Shown piece by piece: positions 42,407 to 56,800 of a stretch of 64,000 nt of DNA. The number at the start of each line of letters is the position of its first letter. Position 1 is the first letter of the stretch. The stretch is taken from the NCBI RefSeq assembly GCF_006345805.1, contig NC_043005.1:67394001-67458000 (forward strand). Reading direction: 5' to 3'. A model generated the notes under the pieces. It was not told where the DNA came from, made no database searches, and was given only the letters and a program-made list of their open reading frames with translations. The translations under genes and the position numbers were made by a program. This DNA is from Octopus sinensis. Taxonomy: Eukaryota.

Positions 42407-42884
42407 CTGAATTTATTACTGTTTTTATCCTTCTGGCGTCAGTATAATAACTATTTTTTAAAAATAATGTGAGTGGTCTAATCAAATATATAATATCCTC
42501 ACATAAATGCAAAATAAATACTAGAGGCACTCCATGAAAATTATATTTAAGTGTATATATTTATGGATATTATTTTCTCCAGAACTTTATTAAGAAATTC
42601 TCTTTCTCTTTCATGTAAACATAGGACCAACAGATTTCAAAAATAATTATTAAAAAATGTACATTGCATCAAAAACAAAAACAAATATTCCTTTGAAATA
42701 TAATCCAACTATGTTTAATATTTAACAATTTAAAATAAATTGAATTTTGTAAAAGGTTGTGTTTCTAGGGGGAAGTAATTATACCTTATATCTTCAGTAT
42801 TGTATTCCCATTCAAGTCGTCATAAAATAAGATAAAATGGCACAAAATAACATCAATCCTTAAGATTATCAAAATGAAGGTATT

Positions 42885-43053
<169 letters not shown>

Positions 43054-43544
43054 TATGTATGTATGTATGTATGTATGTATGTATTATGTATGTATTTATG
43101 TATGTATGTATGTATATTTATATATAATTTCATTCTGAAATGATTTCCTTTCATTCTTCGCAAAAATATTCCTATTGATTATGTTTCTTTCGGATCGTGT
43201 TGCTATGTTTGTAAACAATCTTGAAAGTTATTTAAGATATATATTAAAAGATCTGACTTTCTTTCTGCTTATTATTTATCTACTTCTTCATCTGTCTATT
43301 TATCTGCTTCTCTATACTTTAATTTCATTTTATTCGTCGTTTCATTTTCTATGGTTCTCAGTTTCCTTCATTGCATCTACATACGTATATATGCCTATAA
43401 CCACAAAGACACACACACAAACAAACAAACAAACACACACACACATGCACTTACATAGGTATGAGTAATGTCAAATGGACCTGGTTCCGCGAAAGTCAAA
43501 CTGCTAGTACCTCATGGGAGAAAGAGAGAGGAAGAAAGAGAAAG

Positions 43545-43948
43545 AGGCGGCGAGCTGGCAGAAACGTTAGCACGCCGGGCGAAATCCTTTGTGGTATTTC
43601 GTCCGTTGCTGCGTTCTGAGTTCAAATTCCGCCGAGGTCGACTTTGCCTTTAATCCTTAAATTAGTACCAGTTACGTACTGGGGGCGATATAATTGACTT
43701 GATCCGTTTGTTTGTCCTTGTTTTTCCTCTCTGTATTTAGCCCTTTGTGGGTAGTAAAGAAATAGGTATTTCGTCTGTCACTACGTTCTGAGTTCAAATC
43801 CCGCCGAAGTCGACTTTGCCTTTCATCCTTTCGGGGTCGATAGATTAAGTACCAACTACGCACTGGGGTCGATGTGATCGACTTAATCCCTTTGTCTGTC
43901 CTTGTTTGTCCCCTCTATCTTTAGCCCCTTGTGGGCAATAAAGAAATA
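43545..43948 (+). mobile_element. SINE family B head-to-tail dimer
   Basis: Full copy 43545-43764 followed by a 5'-truncated copy 43765-43948. AGAAAGAGAA flanks both outer ends. Confidence 0.88.
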
Positions 43949-44480
43949 AGAAAGAGAAGGAGAGATAGATCTCAAAGTTAGTGTTTATCTTCATAACTTC
44001 AGGACAATAAGACAACAGTTGGTTGGTTAAGAGGCCTTTGTCATTTGTGTGGATAAGACGCAATCAGGTATGCTAAGAAATTGTATTATTATAACACAGC
44101 TTTATGAAATATCTTCGTATTTTAGTATTTGTCTGAAACGCATCAACTAAAAATACTAGTTACACGCTAAATAACTAACGCTGGATAGTCGAAACTGTTG
44201 TTTATGTAGTCGCTTTCAATCGATTTATAGAAATGTTTGTGTTTGCGGTGTTTTGGTTCATAGCAATGTCTAGATAATTGGCTATTTTTAGGTTAAGTTT
44301 ATTGTATTCTTCGGAAGTAAATGCTTAATATTGAAATGAATTGGTCACTACATGTTTCTTTTACTTAGTTTTATTCTTAGAAATAGCCTCTTTATAAAAC
44401 TATGATGGCATTTTATACTGAGCATCTTCAACTAATCCGTGTACATGAGAGTTCATCAATTACTGCGCCGTCGAAATTAC

Positions 44481-44550
44481 CTACGAATGCACCATATATC
44501 CTTTTTTGCTCTTCGTTATCTAGTATGAACGTTTGTAAAATAAAACTATC
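44481..44550 (-). CDS. Candidate exon (70 nt, phase 0-1): DSFILQTFILDNEEQKRIYGAFV
   Basis: Acceptor aataccag|G and donor TAG|gtaatt. Confidence 0.35.
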
Positions 44551-44852
44551 CTGGTATTTATAATTATATCAATGAAAGATTCTGCTACAGGTTCTGATCT
44601 CTAGGACTCACAGAAGATTTTTAAAGTTTACCGAATCAATGGAGGTCTATAGAATTGTATTTAGATTTATTGGATATACACTTGAAACATTCAATGGGAC
44701 CGCTTGTACGTATCAATTCTGACAAATTAAAAACTAATATACTTCCTAACACAAGTTTGTCTCGCAAACAATATACAATTCGGTTTCTATAACGTTTATA
44801 AGTTTCGGAGTACGTTTCCGGGGGGCCTTTTTCTATTTTTTAGTTATATATG

Positions 44853-44891
<39 letters not shown>

Positions 44892-45070
44892 GCTCGAAAT
44901 ACTAGACTAGAAAAACAGCCAACAGCTTATGAAGGGTCGTTCTTTATGTTGTTTGATTTGGTTTTCATTTGTGTCTTTCGTTGTTCGAAAGAATAGATCA
45001 TGTTCTATGTACTCGTGTTTCGTCCTTTTCTGTTGTACACGTTTCGTGACGTCCTGTTCCCCACATATGC

Positions 45071-45118
<48 letters not shown>

Positions 45119-48100
45119 CATACATATGTGTGTGTGTGTACGTGTGTGTGTGTGTGTGTGTAGACATATATACTTTATTGAAAAGCACCAAAAATATCAC
45201 AAAAACTATTACTCAGAGTTTCACGTTCCGTTCGTCGGAGTTTATATGGGACAGAAATAAGGTTATAAGCAAACATATACAAGTGCATCTCTCGCTTTCA
45301 TTTACTGTCTTTTCTACATTTTCCTACATATCAAAATATATATTAAAATTTTGTAAGAGCCCTAGGAATTATTTTAGAGCATTTGAAATTCATTAGCTCC
45401 ATTATTAACAGCTACGATTATTGGGTTTAATATGCTTCGCTGTGCTTTTAATGCTTTTAGTATCTAGCGTTTAGTATTTACTGATGCCGAAGCCAATTAT
45501 TGTTTATGTTGTTTAAATTTTTGCCTTCTTCAATCGAGCATATGCATCGCACGTAGGTAATCGTTTAAACCAGAGACTAAAACTAACAGAGTATCACACT
45601 ATGCAATCTATGTCCTCAGGCAAGTGATGTTTTATCCTTCTTTATAAGTAAGCTGTGTATATGACTTTCCAGGGTATTGTCAGTTTGTATTTGTGTGTAT
45701 GCATGCAGGTGTTGTTCAGCCGGAGGCCAACACTGATAAGAAAGGTCTATGAAAAAATTTCCATTCATGACTGTCACAGCTCTTTTATGAATATCATTGG
45801 AGAGTGTCAAATGTATTTTTCTCTTCAATTCTTCGAGATTTCGTGCTGTTTGTAAAGGGTCAGGTAAACTCTTTTAGAGAGAAAACAGCTGTTCTTTTAT
45901 ATTGCGGAAATACCCCACCACCCTCGATATAGAAGGTTTATTGAATGATCAGCTGTTATTGTGGGTATGTGTTTTGGGGATTTTTCCTATTGCTTTTTAC
46001 TATACCGTTGTGAATACGAGACAGTTTTTGGAATAGGGATGAAGTATTTTTCCAGAGTATTACAGGTGAGTTTCCCTGTTTGGAAAAGATATAAGTTGTA
46101 TTAGGAAATGCGAGCTATTATTGTTTACAGTAGCAACATAACTGAGCCATGACATAGTTCTGTCATTGTTGCTGCTAACGTTGCTACTTGGCCCCAAGTC
46201 AGCGCTGTCTCAGGAGAGTTAAGACCAAAGCTTTCTAGCCGTAACTGTCACTCACTTTTTTTCAGACAGTGTTGTTCAGCTAATATTGACCCATGTGTTC
46301 TTCCATCTTTGTAAACTGTAAAATGAGACTAGAGGAAGATTTGGCTGCCATAACTACCAATTCATTTGAGTCCATATTGCTTCTTCATTGAGTTAGTGCA
46401 TAATTAGGTGTACTGTAACAATTTGTATCGATTGTGTAGTTGTTTATTTTTCTTAGAGTATTCAAGAGGAAATTAGCACCCGGACTTGTTTCTCAGAGGG
46501 TTATATAAAAAATAGGCTTATAGATTACTACTGTGGCTGCGTGGTGATCGTTGGGTATCTTGTACGTAATATAAGTATGCTTGTTTCTTGTTCTAGTTTT
46601 TGTTCTCTCTGTGGGCTAAGATGGAGGTTATTAAATTGAAGATAATCGTGTTATTTATATGAAATTATTTCTGTCATGTTTTATTTTGAATTAGAGAGTA
46701 CTTAGATAAACTACTAATGCATATATATATATATATATATATGTCTGCAAATTTAGTGTTGGTATGTTTCAATCATTTCGACACTGCTTGCGTGTTTTTA
46801 CAGTCATAATCTTTGTATTTGTTAAACGCTGTGGAATGAAAGTCTGTTTCCATTAATATATTAAATGTGTAATATTCAACAGGGATTTCAAGTAGAGCCC
46901 TTCTAAGGTTTGGGTCACGTGTCAAGATAATTTTCTACAGTTGGGGCGATTTGTGAAATACTTAGCTGCTTATCGAAACAAGTCGAAAAACCAAATACAG
47001 ATTCAGTTGCTGAGTAGTTATAGCTTTCCTTCTATAATGTTCGAATCCTACCGAAGCCTTTAGCAAAATGTTAGCTAAACAATAGATCACAGTATATGGT
47101 TACCAAACATAAGAGACCTAAAAGAATAATCAATTTAAACTGTATTACATTCTTGCTACGTTCTTAGCTCAGATCTTACCCAGATTGAATTTACATTCCA
47201 TACATTCAGTGAGTATAAAATTATTACAAATTATATTGATGTTAATATGGTAAATTCCAACAAAATTTTGTTTTATTGGCTTTTAAGTAATTAGTTGAAC
47301 ACATCTACGTTTTATCTACAACTCAAATAACCTTGACAAACACTTGTAGGTCACGGTACATATTAGTCACATGAAATTATAACGCTTATTCTTCTACGAA
47401 AGAAAAAAGCATTTCCTCAAGTTATAATATATATGACTATTAATATTTTTAATAAATATAGTTATTGTTTTGCTTTTCCTTGCAGGGTTAACAAAATATA
47501 TTTCTTGTATTTTCAATGTCGATATACACAAAGAGTAATAAAAATATCAAATTTTAATAAATATCTCCGATACAGAATTCTAATGACATACATATTCAAA
47601 TATAACCTAGCAATAACCATTAAAACGTATAAAATTTCATTCAGACAGTTTTCATGCAATAAAGATAAACGGTTGCTGAAATGATTTTCAAATAAAAGAT
47701 AGAAATGTATTATGCTAATAGCTGCAGCTAATTTCAAAATCGAAATCAGAAATCTGCAATATTGCTGAAAATGCCTTGCGGTGTAGATTTCAAGTGTACA
47801 TTCTAGTGAAGCTGAATATGTTTACAACTATGAGGCATTGTACCACTTGGCATTATGATCAGGTGGACTGTTCAACGTCGTAGCTATAGATACATTGATT
47901 AATGGTTTCGTAAAGATTGGTTGATGCAACAGAACACTAAATCTAACTATTTTTCAAGTGTATATTCAATTGCAGAATACAAGCTTTTCGGAGCTCTTTG
48001 TGCATGTGATGGAAATTCCTGTCGGGTAACACTCCCTTGTTTTGGTTGTTATGTTCAGTAAGCAGCAGTCTCACACATAATTAGAGCAATCCTTAGGCAA

Positions 48101-49399
48101 AAGTGGACTCAATACTTGTTGGCATTGTGATATAGATCTTACGTATTACTGAGAAACGTTTTAAAACGCAAAACTTCAACACGGAATCATGCGGATTTTA
48201 TAGTTCATTGGTGAATGTTAGATAGCGTTGTATTTGATTACACACGCACGTCCTCTCACATATAGACATGCAATCCCATACATACAAACACACACACACA
48301 CGCACACACACTCACACACATATGTACGCAAGTACACACATGCAAACGCACGCGAACGATTACCCACACACCCACCACAAACACATGCACGCACGCACAC
48401 ATACACACACTGGAGAAGCCATAATTTATTCTTTGTTATTATGTTGAGGGTTAAAAGTGATCATTTCATTTTAAAATAATAAGCACTGTAAGAAATTCCA
48501 AAACAGTAGAACCAAAACCCTACACATTAATTCTCCTAACATTTGTGTAGGATGTCTTAGCAATCACGTATTTGATAGAATTAACAATACTATCCAAAAC
48601 GTTCAAGCCTGGAACGAAAGCACTTTACACAATAAACACAACTACATTTTCACCCCATTTGACTTTATTAGATATTACAGATTTCTTGTTAAAAGCCACG
48701 TAATATGCTAGACAATACACTTCCATTAGAGATAATTGTCATACTAGAAAGTCTCTTCCTTCGGTCCAACAATAACGTTTGAGTCATGGATAAAATTAAA
48801 CCAGCATGGAACTTGTATATAATAACATGGAAACAAAAGATGGTGCTGAGCTAACAACTTCAACGGCTTGTATTTATTCAACGTGATCCGTGTTTGATTT
48901 GGTCTTATTCAGTGAGACTATGGAGATATGCTGATTTACTAATCTCCAACAATGTCAACTGACAGTAAGCTGGTAAATTCAGCAAAACGTTCTATTATTT
49001 AATGAATTAAACATGAAAATTGCCGTTAAGTAGTCAGAGTTATTTATTTGAAATGTGATACATAGATTGAAGCAAATTCCAAAACTATATTGAACCGAAT
49101 ATTATAGATGTTCATTATTATAGTCATGTGTCATATAACTTAAGAACGTATTTGGTAATTCAAGTAAAATATTTCCGCCAGTTCTGAAGATGGATATAGA
49201 GAGCAACTCGTTAACAGTACATTATCAATTAGACTTTCTAAGAAAACTTATACGTTTTAAACGCGCATGGAATATAAGGGTACAGCATGGTATGATATAT
49301 TATGTTGAAGAATTGGTAGTGTCAGATTGGAAGGCATACATGTATGCTATAATCCATTATGGTGAAGTATTAGTAGTGTCAGATTGCAAGTCTAATAAA

Positions 49400-49435
<36 letters not shown>

Positions 49436-49440
49436 TATAT

Positions 49441-49752
49441 TGGCTGTGTGGTAAGTATCGGCGCAGGAGTTCAGTCCCACTGCGTAGCATCTTGGGCAAA
49501 AAGTGTCTTCTACTATAGCTTCGGGCCGAACAAAGCCTTGCGAGTGGATTTGGTAGACGGAAACTGAAAGAAGCCCGCCGTATATATGTATATATATATA
49601 TATATATGTTTGTGTGTGTGTGTGAGAGAGAGAGAGTGTGTCTGTGTTTGTGCGTCTCTGTTTGGTTCCCCCCAGCATCGCTTGAAAACCGATGCTGGTG
49701 TGTTTACGTACCCGTAAATTATGACTGAAACAAGTAAAAGAGTAAAAGAGAA
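49441..49752 (+). mobile_element. SINE family A, internally deleted
   Basis: Head, CORE-like motif and tail present; central part missing. Confidence 0.8.
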
Positions 49753-50149
49753 TATAGGTGCGCCTCATAAATAATGTGGTTTTATTATACTTCTTTTATT
49801 TTTCAAAAGATAAACAAAATTCTTTGTCATTCTAAAATATGCTCTCCTTCATTTTCTGCAATATTCGAAAGGAGTAACGTGTCATTGTTTGACCTTGGTA
49901 CTATGTCCCCACTAGGCATGAATGAATGTTTTTCCTTTCATCCTTTCACCTCCTCTTAATTTTTTTATCCTTCTAATCTTCGCCGCCTTGTTAGTCAATA
50001 AAATATTATCAAATTCATATGTATGTGTGTGTGGGGGGGGGGAGAATATGTGTTTGCGAGCGTGTATGCATGTACACACAGACACACATCACACACACAC
50101 ACGCGCACACACATATATACACATATACACATACAAACGCATATATACA

Positions 50150-50292
50150 TATTGAGAGATATTGATGGATAGGTAGGAACGTTGGTAGGTATGTAGTCAT
50201 GAAGATAGGTAGGTAGGTAGGTAGGTAGGTAGGTAGGTAGGTAGGTAGGAAGGTAGATGGATAGGTTGTTATGTAGGTAAACAGTCTGACAG

Positions 50293-50326
<34 letters not shown>

Positions 50327-50348
50327 ATACATACAAACATACAGACAT

Positions 50349-50432
<84 letters not shown>

Positions 50433-51346
50433 TTAGATAGATAGATAGATAGATGATATAATGGGAATAAAGTCAATGCGTGTTCACACAGACACACGCA
50501 TTTACACAGAAGTACCACCAGAGGCTTAAAGATAAATATTGCAAGGCAAAGCCATTTGCTTTTAGGCTCCAGGTGTACTTTGCAAAATTCAGGAAAGAAT
50601 TTGTCGGTATTTTGTTTCTCTTTTGGTTTGTCAGAATGGGGTCCTTACGTTATTCATGGTTGCTTCCTTTAGATCTTCAGATCCATAAACAACATACTTG
50701 CAGCACTCTATTTTTATAGGCCCTGATCACCATCACATCATAACTACACACATACAAATGCTCGCACACAGGCGGGAAAACAACGGGCACATATTCGCAA
50801 TTGCACGCACACGGGCACACCGTGAAATTCATATAACGAAAAGATAAAAACAACTGTATAGGAGAAATTGTTGCAAAAGTTGCAATCAAGTGACGAAAGA
50901 CATCTATTTCAAAGAAAGAGACTCCTGTACATTGCTGTGATTTGGTAATAAAAACGTTAAATGTTGCATGCTGGACTTCTATGTTTTTTTTGTGTTTCCG
51001 CTTTTAGATGACATTTGTAAGGTTCTTGAAGGCAATTGTCTTTTTGCCTGAAAGCCGTAGCTTTTCGAGACGTGACTTTAACATTTACTAATGCTCCAAA
51101 TATAAACTTTGTGTTTAACCCATTTGTGTTTAACATATATACATATTGATAGATATTGATGGATAGGTAGGTACGTTGGTAGGTATGTATCCATGTCAAT
51201 AGTTAGATATGTAGGTAGAGAGGTAGGTAGGTAGGTAGGTAGGTAGGTAGGTAGGTAGGTAGGTAGGTAGGTAGGTGGGTGGGTAGGTAGATAGGTAGGA
51301 AGGTAGATGGATTGGTAGGTATGTAGGTAAAGAAACAGACGGATAC

Positions 51347-51427
<81 letters not shown>

Positions 51428-51436
51428 CAGACAGAT

Positions 51437-51525
<89 letters not shown>

Positions 51526-52198
51526 CAGATGATATAATGAGAATAAAGGTCAATGCGTGTTCACACAGACACAGAAAGTTACACAGAAGTACCACCAGAG
51601 ACTTAAAGAGAAATATTGCAAGGCAAAACCATTTGCTTTTAGGCACCAGGTGTACTTTGCAAAATTCAAGAAAGAATGTGTGGCTATTTGTTTTACATTT
51701 GATTTGTCAGAGCGGGGTCCTTACGTTATTCATGGTTCCTTCCTTTAAATCTTCAGATCCATAAACAACATACTTGCAGCACTCTATTTTTATAGGCCCT
51801 GATCACCATCACATCATAACTACACACATACAAATGCTCGCACACAGGCGGGAAAACAACGGGCACATATTCGCAATTGCACGCACACGGGCACACCGTG
51901 AAATTCATATAACGAAAAGATAAAAACAACTGTATAGGAGAAATTGTTGCAAAAGTTGCAATCATGTGACGAAAGACATCTATTTCAAAGAAAGAGAGTC
52001 CTGTACATTGCTGTGATTTGGTAATAAAAACGTTAAATGTTGCATGCTTGACTTCTATGCTTTTTTGTGTTTCCGCTTTTAGATGACATTTGTAAGGTTC
52101 TTGAAGGCAATCGTCTTTTTGCCTGAAAGCCGTAGCTTTTCGAGATGTGACTTTAACATTTACTAATGCTCCAAATATAATTTTTCAGTTTAACCCAT
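50150..52198. repeat. Tandem duplication with a ~1076-bp unit
   Basis: Each unit has (GGTA)n/(GACA)n/(GATA)n plus ~650 bp of unique sequence. 50673-50888 is identical to its partner in the second unit. Confidence 0.95.
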
Positions 52199-52752
52199 GT
52201 ATGCACTACTTAGATATTCGCTCCTGTTCCAACTATATCCATTTTGTTATAGAAAAGTATCCAAAATACACGTATTGCTTATATTTCACCGAACAGCAGT
52301 CCTTCAGGCTGATAATGCTATATGTGTTTTAGCAAAAGCATCATACCACAATGCATGGTAGTGCATTGGTGATTTCTTCTTTGTTTCCTTGTTTCTTTAT
52401 TTCTTTTATATATATTTGTTTTCGATTTGATACAAATTCTGGCAAAATTGACAAATTCTATATTTTCGGGTGTCAAATTCTGCCTTTTTCTAGTTTGTTC
52501 ATTAAGAATATTTTAGTTCGTGCAGTTGGGTTGTTAAAGCATAACAACAGACTGATGCTGAGATATAACATCCATACACATATGCACACAGACACACACA
52601 CACACATACATACAATATTTGCATCGGTATGTGCAGACATACAGAGAGACAGGTAGATAGATTGTTAGATATATGCATGTGTATGCACGTGCAGGTGTTT
52701 TTCAGCACATGTATGTATATATGTATATACTTATATATATATATATAGTATA

Positions 52753-52985
52753 AGGCGGCGAGCTGGCAGAAACGTTAGCACGTCGGGCGAAATGCGTAGC
52801 CGTATTTCGTCTGCCGTTACGTCCTGAGTTCAAATTCCGCCGAGGTCGACTTTGCCTTTCATCCTTTCGGGGTCGATTAAATAAGTACCAGTTACACACT
52901 GGGGGTCGATGTAATCGACTTAATCCGTTTGTCTGTCCTTGTTTGTCCCCTCTGTGTTTAGCCCCTTGTGGGTAGTAAAGAAATA
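52753..52985 (+). mobile_element. tRNA-headed SINE, family B (Tx1-like tail)
   Basis: A/B boxes (TGGCAGAAACG, GTTCAAATTCC). 16-bp TSD ATATATATATAGTATA at 52737-52752 and 52986-53001. Confidence 0.9.
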
Positions 52986-53128
52986 ATATATATATAGTAT
53001 ATACACACACACACACATGTATATACTATATACACACACATAAATATACATATGGACAGACAGATTGATAGATAGAGACACAGATAGACAGACAGACAGA
53101 CAGACAGATAGATAGATTGATAGATATG

Positions 53129-53847
<719 letters not shown>

Positions 53848-53849
53848 TA

Positions 53850-56800
53850 TTTCTTTATTAGCCACACAGGGCTGCACACAGATAGAACAAGTTACAAGGT
53901 AGAGCTTTTCTTTTGAAGGTTTAAAAAATATTAAAAAAATAAATAAATTTTTAAAAAAAAGGAAAGGGGGGAGTTTCGATCAAAAGGGATCGTAAAAGGA
54001 GAGAAAGAGGAGAAAAAAGGAGGGGTTAAAAAAAGGGGGGAGAGGAAAGAAAAAAAAAAAATTTTTCAATAGGGATCGTTATCACAGAAATGTCAATATG
54101 AAGTGTAAAGGGGAGGACAGGTGAGGTTTACCCGTGGAAAGAAAAGCCTACGGAAAAGACCACGGTAACCTCGGTCAATGAAGTCACATTTTATATTTCT
54201 TTTTTTTTCTTTTTTTTTTTTTGCAAATAAGCAAATCTCTGTTTTCAATTTCTGGGTTCATAGGATTATGCTCAAGGTGGCTTCGTCATTCATACGTGCC
54301 ATTCTTGCTACATTCACCCATCTTTTTTTAAAACATTCGCTAGACAAAACTTGCCTCTCTACTCTCACTTTCCTTTTCAAGTGGTACTTGAAGAAGTTGA
54401 TGAGAGATTGACCAGAGAGGAAAGTGTTTGTCTCTAATCCTTTCAGACGCGTCCACCAGATACATTCTTTCGCCATAGCCACAAGGATGATGAAAATAGC
54501 TCTTCCTTCCCGTTTGAAGGAAGGAGGCGTGATAATATTGACGATAGACTCAGCTGATAAACCGACTCGTCCCACACGTGACAGCAGTTGTTCGACATAA
54601 GCCCACAGGTCGGAAATTGTTGGACACTGAACGAGTGCGTGCAGAACGGTTTCGTCGCTCTGACCGCATCTCGGGCAGGTCGGCCCCGTGTTTCTCGAGC
54701 CGTGTCTGTAGAGCTTATCCCGAACGGGTAGCGCTTCTCGGTAGCACTGCCAGGCCAGGGATCTCTGGAAGTTGTCCATGGGCCCTGGCCCGAAAGTCGT
54801 CCTGAACAGGCGGGTCAGGTACTCCTCGTCGACGTCCAGGTTCGCCCCGAGCTCGTCGTCGTATCTCCCCTCCACTAAACCCCTATAGAATGCTTTGGTT
54901 GTGTTGAAGTCACTTAAGGTCGACCCAGGACGGCAGAGTTGCTTGAGAGCAACGCGACACTCGCGGTGCCATTCGCCCTTCCTCGGCCTCTTTTTGATCC
55001 ACGACTGCAGTTCGGTCATGGAGACGAGCTGCGGGAAAGCGTGCCTCACAAACGGCGACCACACCTGTTCACCGTCGTCTACATAGAGCCAGAGATGTCG
55101 CAGTCTCAGTGCGTATCTGCGCATCATCAACCACGGCATGCCCAGCCCTCCTTTTAACGGGTGTTGACAGCAAATGGATCGCCTGACCATCGGGACGCAT
55201 CCTTTCCACAAGAAACGAAAGAGAATGCGTTGTAGTTTGGTGATAGTAGGGTCGGGACAAGGTACGACGGTCAGGCGGTAGTAGATGACGGACGCGATGT
55301 ACGTGTTCGCCACCTCCGCTCGACCTTTTAGGGACAGTTTTCTCTCGGCCCATTGCCGGGCGAGAGTGACCACCCTACTCGTTATCTCGTTCCAGTTCTT
55401 CTCCACTTGGAGGTCCGGACCAAACCAGACCCCGAGCAACTCAACCGGGCCGTCGGTCCAGCGTCCCACGACGGAGGCGCTGGTGGACGGCATGGGCTTG
55501 CTTCTCCAGGTGCCTAGTCGCAAGCCCACTGACTTTTCCCGGTTGATTTTCGCTCCTGTCACCGCTTCGTAGTTTTTCAGTGTCTCGCCGACCAGCTCGA
55601 TGTGCTCGTGGCTAGACACTATGACGGTGACGTCGTCCGCGTATGCAGACACGCTCGTCCCGCATCCCAATTCTCGCGGGATGCCCCTTAGAGTCGCCAG
55701 CTTCCGCAGTAGTGGCTCAAGAGTCAATACGTATAGAAGCGCCGAGAGGGGGCATCCCTGACGGACCGAACGTGCAATGTCGAAAGGTCTCGATAGATGT
55801 CCATTTACGCGAATTACCGAACGGATGCCTCTGTACAAGGCAGCTATCCAGCCGCGGAAGACGGGACCGAAACCAGCCGCTCTCAGGACTGCCTCCAAGT
55901 ATCGATGGTCTACCCTATCAAAGGCTTTCGATTGATCCAAGTTGATCAGGGCTCCACCCATGCCAGGTTCGTTAACTACCCTGTCTATGATGTAGCGCAT
56001 CAGATGGAGGTTCTCATGGATGGTCCGGCCTGGCACGGCGCACGTTTGCGCCCTGTCGACCAGTTTCTCGATGACAAGCGCCAACCTCTTGGCTAGCACC
56101 TTGGCCAAAATTTTCAAGTCTGCATTAAGCAGAGTGATGGGCCTAAAGTTATCTATTACATTTCCCTTGTTTAGATCTTTCTTCAGCAGTGTTACGGCTC
56201 CTCGGCTCACAAAACCAGGAATGCTCCCGTTTTGCTGCCAGTTGCAGTACACCGCCGCCAAGAGATCTCCAAACAAGTCTGGCATACAATTGTAAAGCTC
56301 GTAGGGTAGACCATCCAAACCCGGTGATTTGTCCCTCGAGCATTCTGCCATCGCTTCCTGCACTTCCGCCGCCGTGATGGCACCTTCGCAGCACCCTGCC
56401 TTTCTTGTCGAGAGTCGTGGTAGGCTATGTAGGTAGGCACTGAAGTCCACCCTACGTTCTTGCCCTCCACTCGTTCCGAACAGTCGGGCAAAATGCTGCT
56501 GAAAGGCCTCACACATTTTACTTGGCTCGAGCAATTCGCGCCCCTGTTCATCTACCAGGGACCGAATGGTAGCTTTGTTGCCCTGTTGCGCCTCTGCCAC
56601 CCGGGCCTCTCTCGCGGCTCCAACACCTTCGTTCCTTAGAGCACGCATCCTAGCTCTGACAGCACATCCTTCGTGTTTGGCGTTGAAGTGTTGGTCGAGG
56701 GCCAACCTCGCCGCCAAAACGTCGGATGCGATGCCGCTTCTAATTGCCTCTTCTAGCTTCTTAACTAGCTCACCCTCTACTCTATTTCTATCTATGGCTA

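Noticed and set aside
44255-44268. Second X-box-like motif GGTTCATAGCAATG
   Set aside because: Only a partial match to the consensus.
45620-46100. Possible LINE endonuclease relic or exon
   Set aside because: Only faint GGGV and GNF-like motifs; too decayed to call.
50740-50900. TSP1/PLAC-like fragments on the plus strand (CSHT.G, YRRNCCKSC)
   Set aside because: They need several frameshifts and stop repairs, and the cysteine spacing is incomplete.
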